From Bryobacterales bacterium (lineage in GTDB: Bacteria; Acidobacteriota; Terriglobia; Bryobacterales; UBA6623), in contig OZ244625.1 of NCBI GenBank assembly GCA_965218555.1, forward strand, positions 2,300,968 through 2,364,967: 64,000 bases of DNA, written 5' to 3'. Shown here piece after piece: positions 1 to 8,639 of this stretch; position 1 is the stretch's first letter, and every line of letters starts with the position of its first letter. A model generated the notes under the pieces. The model ran no database searches and was not told the origin of the DNA. It saw nothing but the letters and a program-made list of their open reading frames with translations. The position numbers and the translations under genes are program-made.

Positions 1-102
1 GAGGCGGTCTGGCAACGCTGTTGGCGGCAATGCTAATTTGCACATTTTCGACAAGCCAAAATTGCACACTTTTCACCGGCGGGAAGACCGCTGCTCCAGC
101 AT

Positions 103-1152
103 GTGGGCGAGGCCACATGGAGGGGCGGAGAGATGTACGACATGGAGGCGAAGATGCTGCTGAAGCATTACTTGGAGCAAGGGGTGTCGAAGGCCGAGCT
201 GGCACGGCGGTTCCAGCTCAGTCGGCGGACGATCCACTACTGGATCGAGTCCGGTCAGTTGGACCGGGAGCTGACCACGGAGGCGGGCGGCTATGCGCGG
301 CGGGCGCCGATCGCGCGCAAGTTGGACCCGTACAAGGGGATGATCGAGGCGCGCCTGGAGGTGTATCCGAAGCTGACGGTGCAGCGGCTGTATGAGGAGG
401 TGCGGGCGGCGGGATACCCGGGCTGCTACGGGAGCGTGCGGGATTACGTGCGCCAGGTCCGGCCACGGGAGACAGCGGATCCGGTGGTACGGTTCGAGAC
501 GCCTCCGGGGCATCAGGGCCAGGTAGACTTCGGCGGCTTCCGGCTGCCGTGGGGACGGCGTCAGGCGCTGCTGGTGGTGCTGGGCTACTCGCGGCTGCTG
601 TGGCTGCGGTTCTTCCAGCGGCAGACGATGGAGGTGCTGTGCCGCGGCCTGGAGGGCGCCTTCGAGCGCTTCGGGGGCGTGCCGCAGGAGCTGCTGTTCG
701 ACCAGATGCGGTCGGTGGTGGTGTCCGACGACCGCCTGCTGGGTGGGCCGCTGGCGCTGAACGCAGAGTTCTTGCGTTTCGCCGCGCACTGGGGCTTCCG
801 GCCGCGGTCCTGCCGGCCCTACCGGGCACGGACCAAGGGCAAGGTGGAGCGGCCGATCCGCTATGTGCGGGAGAGCTTCTTTTACGGCCGGGAGTTTGTC
901 AGTGACGCGGACCTGAACGAGCAGGCGGAGCGCTGGCTGGCGGAGACCGCCAACGTGCGGCGGCACGGCACGACCGGGGAGCGACCGCAGGAGCGGTTCG
1001 AGCGTGACGAGCGGGGAGCCTTGGGGCCGTTGGCATGCGGGCCGTACCAGCGCGTCGGAGGCCGGATGCGCCCGGCGGCTCCGTCTTGGGCCCCGACGCC
1101 AGTGGCCGTTGAGCGTCGGCCGTTGCGGGTGTACGCGGAGGTGGTGCGATGA
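103..1152 (+). CDS. istA: IS21-family transposase IstA (N-terminal HTH + DDE integrase core)
   Basis: HTH-like GVSKAELARRFQLSRRTIHYWI. Integrase-core region GHQGQVDFG...VVLGYSRLLW...LFDQM. Followed by istB with a 4-nt overlap. The true start may be an internal Met (133 or 142). Confidence 0.9.
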   Translation: MGEATWRGGEMYDMEAKMLLKHYLEQGVSKAELARRFQLSRRTIHYWIESGQLDRELTTEAGGYARRAPIARKLDPYKGMIEARLEVYPKLTVQRLYEEVRAAGYPGCYGSVRDYVRQVRPRETADPVVRFETPPGHQGQVDFGGFRLPWGRRQALLVVLGYSRLLWLRFFQRQTMEVLCRGLEGAFERFGGVPQELLFDQMRSVVVSDDRLLGGPLALNAEFLRFAAHWGFRPRSCRPYRARTKGKVERPIRYVRESFFYGREFVSDADLNEQAERWLAETANVRRHGTTGERPQERFERDERGALGPLACGPYQRVGGRMRPAAPSWAPTPVAVERRPLRVYAEVVR

Positions 1153-1961
1153 GCGCGCCGGCCGACGGGCGGCGCGCCCGGCTGCGGGCGATGCTGGCCG
1201 ACCTGAAGATGCCGGGTGCGCTGGAGGCGGTGGACGGCATCCTGGCGCAACTCGACAGCGGCGCCGTGACCGCCGGCGAGGCTCTCGAGCGGCTGCTGGG
1301 CGCCCAGATCGCCCTGCGCAACAACCGCCGCTTGGAGACCGCCATGCGCGCCTCCCGGCTGCCCGCCGTGAAGACCCTGGCGCAGTTCGACTTCGCCTTT
1401 CAGCCGAGCCTCAAGCGCGAGCAGATCGAGAGTCTGCACGAGCTCGGGTTCCTGGCCCGCCAGGAGAACGTCGTTCTGCTGGGGCCACCCGGAGTCGGCA
1501 AGACGCACTTGGCCATCAGTCTCGCCATCACCGCGGCGGAGTCGGGGCGGCGGGTCTACTACGGAACGCTGGCGAGCCTGATCGAGTCGCTGGAGCAGGC
1601 CCGTGCAGCGGGCCAGCTGGCGCGCCGCCTGCGCATGCTGACCCATCCGGCGCTGTTGGTCGTCGACGAGATCGGCTACCTGCCCGTCAGCCGCGATGGA
1701 GCCGTGCTGTTCTTCCAGCTGATCAACGCGCGCCACGAGCAGGCCTCGACCGTGCTGACCTCCAACAAGGGATTCGAAGAATGGGGCGCAGTACTGGGGG
1801 ACGACGTCATGGCGGCGGCCCTGATCGACCGCCTGCTGCACCACTGCCACATCGTCAACATCCGCGGGAACAGCTTCCGGATGAGGGCTCACCAGGGGCT
1901 GTGGCGTTCCATGCAACGCGCGGACGGCGAAGCCACCCCGCCCGCAGGGACGGGAACATGA
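1149..1961 (+). CDS. istB: IS21-family helper ATPase IstB
   Basis: Walker A GPPGVGKTHLAISLA and Walker B LLVVDEIGY. Typical IstB C-terminus DRLLHHCHIV. Confidence 0.9.
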   Translation: MSAPADGRRARLRAMLADLKMPGALEAVDGILAQLDSGAVTAGEALERLLGAQIALRNNRRLETAMRASRLPAVKTLAQFDFAFQPSLKREQIESLHELGFLARQENVVLLGPPGVGKTHLAISLAITAAESGRRVYYGTLASLIESLEQARAAGQLARRLRMLTHPALLVVDEIGYLPVSRDGAVLFFQLINARHEQASTVLTSNKGFEEWGAVLGDDVMAAALIDRLLHHCHIVNIRGNSFRMRAHQGLWRSMQRADGEATPPAGTGT

Positions 1962-2134
1962 CGGCTGCTGCACAGCTTGAGGTGGCCGGCTCCGGTCGCT
2001 CCGCTCCCTCCGACGGCCACCTCAACCCCCATCGCAACGAAGGGGGAAAGTCCGCCAAACCCGCGGCGGTTCTCCCCTCAAATGTGTGCAATTTTCGTTT
2101 GTCAGAAGTGCGCAATTTTCGTTTGACATTGACA

Positions 2135-2595
2135 AACGCTGCTACGTGCACTTTCTGCGCAACGCGTTGGATCATCTAGCCCGCAAAGCCGATGACGACT
2201 GTCTGATGGAGTTGCGCTGGATCTATGATCGCCACGACGTCGAGGAAGCACGCCGCGACCTGGCGCGCTGGCTGGACAAATGGGGCAGCAAGTATGCCAG
2301 GCTGTGTAATTGGGTGAAGGAGAACATCGAGCAGACGCTGACGTTTTTGAGCTTGCCGCGGCAGCACCACAAGCACATGAAGTCGACGAACATGCTGGAG
2401 CGGCTGATGGAGGAGATCAAGAGGCGCACCTACGTGGTGAGGATCTTCCCCAACGCGGCGAGTTGCTTGCGGCTGGTGCGGGCGCTGACGGCGGAGATGC
2501 ATGATGGCTGGATCGAGGCCGATCGTTATTTGGACATGAGCCTGTGGGAGGAACAAAAACGCGAACGCCTCCGAGCGCTCGCCGACGCGGCATGA
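2135..2595 (+). pseudogene. IS256-family (Mutator-type) transposase, C-terminal part, split by the IS21 insertion
   Basis: RCYVHFLRNALDHL...HHKHMKSTNMLERLMEEIKRRTYVVRIFPNAASCLRLVRALTAEMHDGW is typical of an IS256-family C-terminus. Nt 1-18 read EAVWQR in the same frame. Removing the IS and one repeat copy restores WQRCYVHFLRN. The rest of the gene lies upstream of the window. Confidence 0.75.
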
Positions 2596-2941
2596 CGTTG
2601 ACGGTGCTCCGGTCGCCCTGCGGGCTCCCTCCGCGCCGTCAACGTCAACAACCTTCAAGCAAACCGAGGACTCATCTGGATCTCAAACCTTTTTGCAGAA
2701 CTTGACGCACACAACTCCATGGATGGAATCGACCACTCCGGAGAAGTCCGCGACCCCAGGGCTGGTACGGTCTCAGGGTATGGTAGGGCCGTTCCCGTGG
2801 AACGAGCGCCCGGTTGAGGGGTTCGAGGCTGAAGTTTCTACCGGAGAGCCAATGAAACTCCTCAGTTGTAGCCGAGCGTGGGGTCTTCCTAATACGAAGG
2901 CTGGCAACAGCACCTCCAGCTCACTTGTGGCACTTCACTAC

Positions 2942-5900
2942 TTACCTCTCGGTTAAGGCTGAGGCGCATCCACCTGACCCCACTGCCGAGTCGGACTTCA
3001 AGACGCGGACGCGATGGTTCTCTATGTCCGCAATGTAGACGTTGCCATTGTTACCTACCGCTATGTCACTGGAATAGCCCAATTTGGCTGCTGTGGCAAA
3101 ACCGCGGTCTCCGCTGTAACCCTGCTCTCCGGTACCGGCGATGGTGTTAATGGTCCCCGTGCAGACATCTACCTTGCGGATACGGTAGTTAGAGCCGTCC
3201 GCGATATAGAGGTTGCCGGCGCCATCCACCGTCACGCCTGAGGGGTATCCGAGTTGGGCTTGGATGGCCGGACCGCCATCCCCGCTGTAACTCCACTCTC
3301 CGGTGCCGGCAATGGTGCTGATGGTCCCGGTAAAGGCGCTCACCTTGCGGATGCGGTTGTTACGGGAATCTGAGATGTAGAGGTTGCCGGCGCCATCCAC
3401 CGTCACGCCCTCAGGGTATCCGAGTTGAGCCTGGGTGGCCGGGCCGCCATCCCCGCCGTAACCCCACTCTCCCGTGCCAACAATGGTGCTGATGGTCCCG
3501 GTAAAGGCGCTCACCTTGCGGATGCGGTTGTTACGGGAATCTGAGATGTAGAGGTTGCCGTCACCATTCACCGCCACGCCTTCGGGGTATCCGAGTCGAG
3601 CCTGGGTGGCCGGACCGCCATCCCCGCTGTAACCCCACTCTCCCGTGCCGGCGATGGTGCTGATGGTCCCCGTCGCCACATCTACCTTACGGATGCGGTT
3701 GTTATGGAAATCTGCGATATAGAGGTTGCTGGCGCCATCCACCGCCACGGCTGAGGGATATCCGAGTTGAGCCTCGATGGCCGGGCCGCCATCCCCGCTG
3801 TAACCCCACTCTCCGGTGCCGGCGATGGTGCTGATGGTCCCGGTAAAGGCGCTCACCTTGCGGATGCGGTTGTTCCCCGAGTCTGCGATATAGAGGTTGC
3901 CGGCGCCATCCACCGCCACGGCTGAGGGATATCTGAGTTGAGCCTCGCTGGCCGGGCCGCCATCCCCGCTGTAACCCCACTCTCCCGTGCCGGCGATGGT
4001 GCTGATGGTCCCCGTCGCCACATCTACCTTACGGATGCGGTTGTTCCCCGAGTCTGCGATATAGAGGTTGCCGGCGCCATCCACCGCCACGGCTGAGGGA
4101 TATCTGAGTTGAGCCTCGCTGGCCGGGCCGCCGTCCCCGCTGTAACCCCACTCCCCCGTGCCGACGATGGTGCTGATGGTCCCGGTGACGGCATCTACTT
4201 TGCGGACACGATGGTTCCAGTAGTCCGTGACGTAGACGTTACCGACAGCGTCTACCGCCACACCATGAGGTTCTGAAAGTTGAGCCTCGATGGCTGGGCC
4301 GCCGTCCCCGCTGTAACCCCACTCCCCGGTGCCGGCGATGGTGCTGATGGTGCCCGTAGCTGCTTCCACCTTGCGGATTCGGTCGTCCCCCTCGTCTGCA
4401 ATGTAGAGGTTGCCGGCACCATCCACAGTCACGCCTGAGGGGTATCCGAGTTCAGCCTCGGTGGCCGGGCCACCGTCCCCGCTGTAACCCCGCTCTCCGG
4501 TGCCGGCGATGGTGCTGATGGTGCCCGTAGCTGCTTCCACCCTGCGGATGCGATGGTTATCGGCGTCTGCGATATAGACGTTGCCGTTCCCATCCACTGC
4601 CACGCCTACGGGGTCACGAAATTCAGCCTGGGTGGCCGGGCCACCGTCCCCGCTGTAATCCCGCTCTCCGGTGCCGGCGATGGTGCTGATGGTGCCCGTA
4701 GCTGCTTCCACCCTGCGGATGCGATGGTTATCGGCGTCTGCGATATAGACGTTGCCGTTCCCATCCACTGCCACGCCTACGGGGTCACCCAATAGGGCCT
4801 GGGTGGCCGGGCCACCGTCCCCGCTGTAACCCCGCACTCCGATGCCGGCGATGGTGCTGATGGTCCCGGTGGCACCATCCACCTTGCGGATACGGTGGTA
4901 GCCGTGGTCTGCGATATAGAGGTTGCCCATGGCATCCACCGCCACACTTCCAGGAGAACCCAGCCAGGCGCGGGTGGCGGGGCCGCCATCAAAGACGTAG
5001 CTATTTCCTGTCAAGGTGTCGATGGTGTAGGACAACGCCAACACCGCTTCATCGACCCTCACGGGAATGGTCCGTGTGGCCCGAGTTCCATCCGGACCGA
5101 TCGCCGTGATGGTGATGATCCCCTCGCCCGCCGTCAAGGCCGCGAGGGTCACCTCGCTTCCCGTCACCCGACCCGTTTCCACGACTCCGCCTGACGATTC
5201 CACCTGATAGCGGACAGCATCGAAGCCCGCAAAATAGTCAGACAAGTTCTGGGTGGAGATGGGCGTGCGCGGCATCAGCCCCGAGATGGGCTGCAACACC
5301 CGGATGCGTCTATCCTCGGTGTCCGCGACATAGACGTTACCATCGCCGCCCACTGCCAAGCCAAAGGGATTCCTGAATCGGGCGCTGGTGGCCGGGCCGC
5401 TGTCTCCGCCGTAATCCCGCTCTCCGGTGCCGGCGATCGTGCTGATGGTCCCCGTGAAGGCATCCACCCTGCGGATGCTGTGGTTCCAGAAGTCGGCGAT
5501 GTAAAGGTGGCCGTCTCCGTCTAGCGCCACACCATGAGGTTCTGAAAGTTGAGCCTCGATGGCTGGGCCGCCGTCCCCTCTGTAACCCTGCTCTCCCGTG
5601 CCAGCAATGGTGCTGATGGTTCCTGCGGTATCCACCTTGCGAATGTGGCCGTGGCTGACATCCGCGATGTAGATGTTACCGTCACTATCCACCGCCACGC
5701 CTACAGGCTCGCCCAATTGGGCCTGGGAGGCCGGCCCGCCATCTCCGCTGTACCCCCACTCCCCCGTGCCAGCAATGGTGCTGATGGTTCCCGTGGCCGT
5801 GTCTACCTTGCGGATGCGGTGGTTCCCCGAGTCCGCGATATAGACGTTACCGGCGCCATCCACCGCTATGCCTCGGGGATGGCGCAAGTGGGCTTCGGTG

Positions 5901-7849
5901 GCCGGACCGCCGTCCCCGCCGTAATCCCAATGCCCCGAGCCTGCAATGGTGCTGATGGTACCGGTGGTCGCATCGACCCTGCGGATGCGCTGGTTCGCCG
6001 AGTCCGCGATGTAAACGTTGTCGGCGCTATCCACCGCCACGGCTTCGGGCTCGCTCAACTGGGCCTCGCTGGCCGGGCCGCCGTCTCCGCCGTCACCACT
6101 TGCACCCGTGCCCGCCAAGGTGCTGATGGCTCCCGTGAAGGCGTCGACCCTGCGGATGCTGTGGCTCCAGAGGTCGGTGATATAGACGTGGCCGGTGCCG
6201 TCTACAGCCACACCTTGGGGTTGGACCAATCGGGAACTGGTGGCTGGACCGCCGTCCTCGACCTCTGTAATCCCCGCCAGAGTACTGATGGTGCCGGTGG
6301 CGGCATCCACCTTGCGGATGCGGTGGTTGTCCGCGTCTGCGATGTAGACGTTGCCGGCGCCATCTATTGCCACGCCTCGGGGATGGTGCAAATGGGCCTC
6401 GGTGGCGGGCCCGCCGTCCCCGCCGTAACTCCTTTCACCCGTGCCGGCAATGGTGCTGATGATCCCTGTGCCCGCATCCACCTTGCGGATGCGCTTGCTC
6501 CAGGCGTCCGCGATATAGAGGTTGCCGGCAGCGTCAAACGCTACACCTTGAGGCCCATCCAATTGGGCCTCGGTGGCCGGACCGCCGTCTCCGTCGTAAT
6601 CCCGCTCTCCGTTGCCGGCGATCGTGCTGATGGTCCCTGTGTCCGCATCCACCTTGCGGATGCGGGCGTTTCCCAAGTCCGCGATGTAGATGTTGCCGTC
6701 TCCATCTAACGCCACGCCATGAGGCTCGTCTAATATTGCCTCGGTGGCGGGCCCGCCGTCCCCGCCGTAACCCCACTCTCCGTTGCCGGCGATCGTGCTG
6801 ATGGTCCCTGTGTCCGCATCCACCTTGCGGATGCGGTGGTTGTCCGCGTCTGCGATGTAGACGTTGCCGGCGCCATCTATTGCCACGCCTCGGGGATGGT
6901 GCAAATGGGCCTCGGTGGCGGGCCCGCCGTCCCCGCCGTAACTCCTTTCACCCGTGCCGGCAATGGTGCTGATGATCCCTGTGCCCGCATCCACCTTGCG
7001 GATGCGCTTGCTCCAGGCGTCCGCGATATAGAGGTTGCCGGCAGCGTCAAACGCTACACCATGAGGCCCATCCAATTGGGCCTCGGTGGCGGGCCCGCCG
7101 TCCCCGTCGCGTCCCCTTTCTCCTGTACCCACAATGGTGCTGATAGTACCCGTGGCGGCCTCCACTTTGCGTATGCGGGCGTTTCCCAAGTCCGCGATGT
7201 AGATGTTGCCGTCTCCATCTAACGCCACGCCATGAGGTTCGTTTAATATTGCCTCGGTGGCCGGGCTGCCATCCACAAACTTAATCCCCAAACCTGCAAA
7301 AGTGTCGATCGTGTAGGCCAACGGGGGCAACGCCGCCCCCACCGTCACGGCGATTTGCTGGACGGCCGATCCCTCGGAATTTTCCGCCGTGACTTCGATC
7401 TCAGTGGCTCCCTTTCTCACAGGTTCGATGGTCACCGCGCTCCCCGTCACGCTCGCCGTCGCCACCATCTCATCCAACGAACCTGCCTTGATCGTCACCT
7501 CCCCAGTCGCCTCGAAGTACTCTCCCACCTCCAACGTCACCGACCAGCCGCCCGCTCTCAGCCGCTGCTGCGGAATGGCCCCTTTCGCCGTCGGCCCGCC
7601 GCTCTGCTGCGCCAGTGCCTCCTCCGGTGCCCCCAGGACAGCGAATCCCGCTACGGTCATAACCATCGCCACGAAATACCCTATGACGAAACCTCCGTAG
7701 GCAAACGCGTAGCGCCACCAGCGGCCGAGTACGGCCTCGGTTTGCCGGGTCGAATCTGATGTGGCGTGGTGTTTCGGGCCAGGATGACTGGTCGGATGTT
7801 TACCTGATTTCATGCTTGGTCCTGTCTTCGGCTTTCGATCGATTTGCAA
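2942..7849 (-). CDS. Giant membrane-anchored NHL-repeat protein: N-terminal TM helix, then twice (Ig-like beta-sandwich + 12 NHL blades)
   Basis: 1635-aa ORF. TM segment WWRYAFAYGGFVIGYFVAMVMTVAGFAVLG. 24 units of about 57 aa of the form GDGGPAxxAxLxxPxGVAVDxxGNxYIADxxNxRIRKVxxxTGxISTIAG, in two runs of 12 each ending in RIRVL/RVRVL. Each run is preceded by a Big_2-like segment (SVTGSAVTIEPVRKGATEIEVTA; VTGSEVTLAALTAGEGIITITA). The start may be ATG 7813 rather than TTG 7849. Confidence 0.9.
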   Translation of the reverse strand: MQIDRKPKTGPSMKSGKHPTSHPGPKHHATSDSTRQTEAVLGRWWRYAFAYGGFVIGYFVAMVMTVAGFAVLGAPEEALAQQSGGPTAKGAIPQQRLRAGGWSVTLEVGEYFEATGEVTIKAGSLDEMVATASVTGSAVTIEPVRKGATEIEVTAENSEGSAVQQIAVTVGAALPPLAYTIDTFAGLGIKFVDGSPATEAILNEPHGVALDGDGNIYIADLGNARIRKVEAATGTISTIVGTGERGRDGDGGPATEAQLDGPHGVAFDAAGNLYIADAWSKRIRKVDAGTGIISTIAGTGERSYGGDGGPATEAHLHHPRGVAIDGAGNVYIADADNHRIRKVDADTGTISTIAGNGEWGYGGDGGPATEAILDEPHGVALDGDGNIYIADLGNARIRKVDADTGTISTIAGNGERDYDGDGGPATEAQLDGPQGVAFDAAGNLYIADAWSKRIRKVDAGTGIISTIAGTGERSYGGDGGPATEAHLHHPRGVAIDGAGNVYIADADNHRIRKVDAATGTISTLAGITEVEDGGPATSSRLVQPQGVAVDGTGHVYITDLWSHSIRRVDAFTGAISTLAGTGASGDGGDGGPASEAQLSEPEAVAVDSADNVYIADSANQRIRRVDATTGTISTIAGSGHWDYGGDGGPATEAHLRHPRGIAVDGAGNVYIADSGNHRIRKVDTATGTISTIAGTGEWGYSGDGGPASQAQLGEPVGVAVDSDGNIYIADVSHGHIRKVDTAGTISTIAGTGEQGYRGDGGPAIEAQLSEPHGVALDGDGHLYIADFWNHSIRRVDAFTGTISTIAGTGERDYGGDSGPATSARFRNPFGLAVGGDGNVYVADTEDRRIRVLQPISGLMPRTPISTQNLSDYFAGFDAVRYQVESSGGVVETGRVTGSEVTLAALTAGEGIITITAIGPDGTRATRTIPVRVDEAVLALSYTIDTLTGNSYVFDGGPATRAWLGSPGSVAVDAMGNLYIADHGYHRIRKVDGATGTISTIAGIGVRGYSGDGGPATQALLGDPVGVAVDGNGNVYIADADNHRIRRVEAATGTISTIAGTGERDYSGDGGPATQAEFRDPVGVAVDGNGNVYIADADNHRIRRVEAATGTISTIAGTGERGYSGDGGPATEAELGYPSGVTVDGAGNLYIADEGDDRIRKVEAATGTISTIAGTGEWGYSGDGGPAIEAQLSEPHGVAVDAVGNVYVTDYWNHRVRKVDAVTGTISTIVGTGEWGYSGDGGPASEAQLRYPSAVAVDGAGNLYIADSGNNRIRKVDVATGTISTIAGTGEWGYSGDGGPASEAQLRYPSAVAVDGAGNLYIADSGNNRIRKVSAFTGTISTIAGTGEWGYSGDGGPAIEAQLGYPSAVAVDGASNLYIADFHNNRIRKVDVATGTISTIAGTGEWGYSGDGGPATQARLGYPEGVAVNGDGNLYISDSRNNRIRKVSAFTGTISTIVGTGEWGYGGDGGPATQAQLGYPEGVTVDGAGNLYISDSRNNRIRKVSAFTGTISTIAGTGEWSYSGDGGPAIQAQLGYPSGVTVDGAGNLYIADGSNYRIRKVDVCTGTINTIAGTGEQGYSGDRGFATAAKLGYSSDIAVGNNGNVYIADIENHRVRVLKSDSAVGSGGCASALTER
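3690..4202 (-). repeat. Three consecutive 171-bp (one NHL blade) units with long near-identical DNA stretches
   Basis: CGGATGCGGTTGTTCCCCGAGTCTGCGATATAGAGGTTGCCGGCGCCATCCACCGCCACGGCTGAGGGATATCTGAGTTGAGCCTCGCTGGCCGGGCCGCC occurs at 3861 and again at 4032 (period 171). The 3690 copy is slightly diverged. Confidence 0.85.
4537..4878 (-). repeat. Two 171-bp NHL-blade units, near-identical at DNA level
   Basis: CCACCCTGCGGATGCGATGGTTATCGGCGTCTGCGATATAGACGTTGCCGTTCCCATCCACTGCCACGCCTACGGGGTCAC is present at 4537 and 4708. Confidence 0.8.
6304..7262 (-). repeat. Tandem duplication of a 513-bp (three-blade, 171-codon) unit inside the NHL gene
   Basis: The sequence starting CATCCACCTTGCGGATGCGGTGGTTGTCCGCGTCTGCGATGTAGACG at 6304 recurs at 6817. 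About 250 bp are essentially identical, then a diverged stretch, then a second identical block (GCGGGCGTTTCCCAAGTCCGCGATGTAGATGTTGCCGTCTCCATCTAACGCCACGCCATGAGG). Confidence 0.85.
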
Positions 7850-7950
7850 AGTTTTTCACCTCATGGATCCGTCCGCGGCAATTCGACCCGCTTCCGGCCG
7901 CAGGCAGACGTTATAATTATTTTCAGACCACCTCTTGGAGCATCTCTCTA

Positions 7951-8130
7951 GTCCGGGCTCAAGTCTGCCACCAGACGACGCAGCCGAGCGTCCTCCTCTT
8001 CCAACTGTCCCAGCTTGCGGACTTCAGAGGGCATCAACCCTCCGAATGCCATCTTCCATCGGTAGAACGTCTGTTGTGTGATTCCCATCTTCCGGCACAC
8101 TTCCAGCACCCGTCCTTCCGTCTTTACTCG
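7951..8130 (-). pseudogene. IS3-family transposase OrfA remnant (internal 60 codons only)
   Basis: My minus-strand translation is RVKTEGRVLEVCRKMGITQQTFYRWKMAFGGLMPSEVRKLGQLEEEDARLRRLVADLSPD*. This matches the HTH and leucine-zipper region of IS3/IS407-type OrfA. There is no start codon, no OrfB and no IRs. Confidence 0.7.
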
Positions 8131-8504
8131 ATTCCTCCAGCGTCGACTATGGTTTCTTCAGTGACGGCTGTCAGGGCGCCGGCCTGAGAGTCATCGGAGA
8201 AAACAGCAGCCAATTGGAACCCGTATATCGATCCTCCGGTCATCGTGATTCCCAGGTCATAGGTTTCCCCGGGAACGAAGCTTGCCGGTACATTGTTGAA
8301 CGAGACGGAACCGACTTCATTCAAGGTGCTGCCAGGCGTCATGTGACAGCCGGAAACGTAGCAGCCCGATTTGCCCAGGACCGCAGGAAACGGTATTTTT
8401 CTTCCGCCAGAGCGCCCATTGAACGAGGCGACGAACAAAAGAGAGGAAGGAAGCCAGTAGCCCGAGACAGGCCAGAGTCAATAATCCTCCTCCAATCTTC
8501 TCAT
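8124..8504 (-). pseudogene. Truncated/interrupted secreted protein fragment carrying a CYVSGCH motif
   Basis: ATG at 8504 (MRRLEEDY), then an in-frame TGA at 8478-8480, then a hydrophobic LWPVSGYWLPSSLLFVASF continuing into the 104-aa ORF. The C-terminus ends at the IS3 remnant junction (about 8125-8130). Confidence 0.4.
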
Positions 8505-8639
8505 TGCGATGCTCTCCTCTTTTTTATCGATGACACGGCCCTCCTCCTCTCCATTTCTGCTCAGGCCGGCCCGCGGTTTTCGCTCTACCGCACCTGCATT
8601 CTGCATTGCCAGATGCAGCCATGACGTGAACAAAGGAAG

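Larger units (their letters stand above)
19..2134 (+). mobile_element. Complete IS21-family insertion sequence (istA-istB) inserted into an IS256-family transposase gene
   Basis: istA/istB pair with ATGA overlap. TG...CA termini. The 12-mer AAAATTGCACAC at 58-69 has an exact reverse complement at 2084-2095, with a second related subterminal copy at 2108-2119. Flanking direct repeat AACGC(TG) at 14-20 and 2135-2141. Ends are uncertain by about 2 bp. Confidence 0.8.

Noticed and set aside
2942-7849. The regular 171-bp periodicity raised the question of a CRISPR-like array or a diversity-generating retroelement target.
   Set aside because: The repeats are in-frame protein blades with no unique spacers. 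No cas genes, no reverse transcriptase and no separate template repeat are present in the window.
8478-8480. The in-frame TGA in the CYVSGCH-motif ORF as a possible selenocysteine codon.
   Set aside because: It falls inside a signal-peptide-like region, not an active site. I saw no convincing SECIS-like hairpin immediately downstream. The ORF is also truncated by an IS3 remnant, so a pseudogene is the simpler reading.
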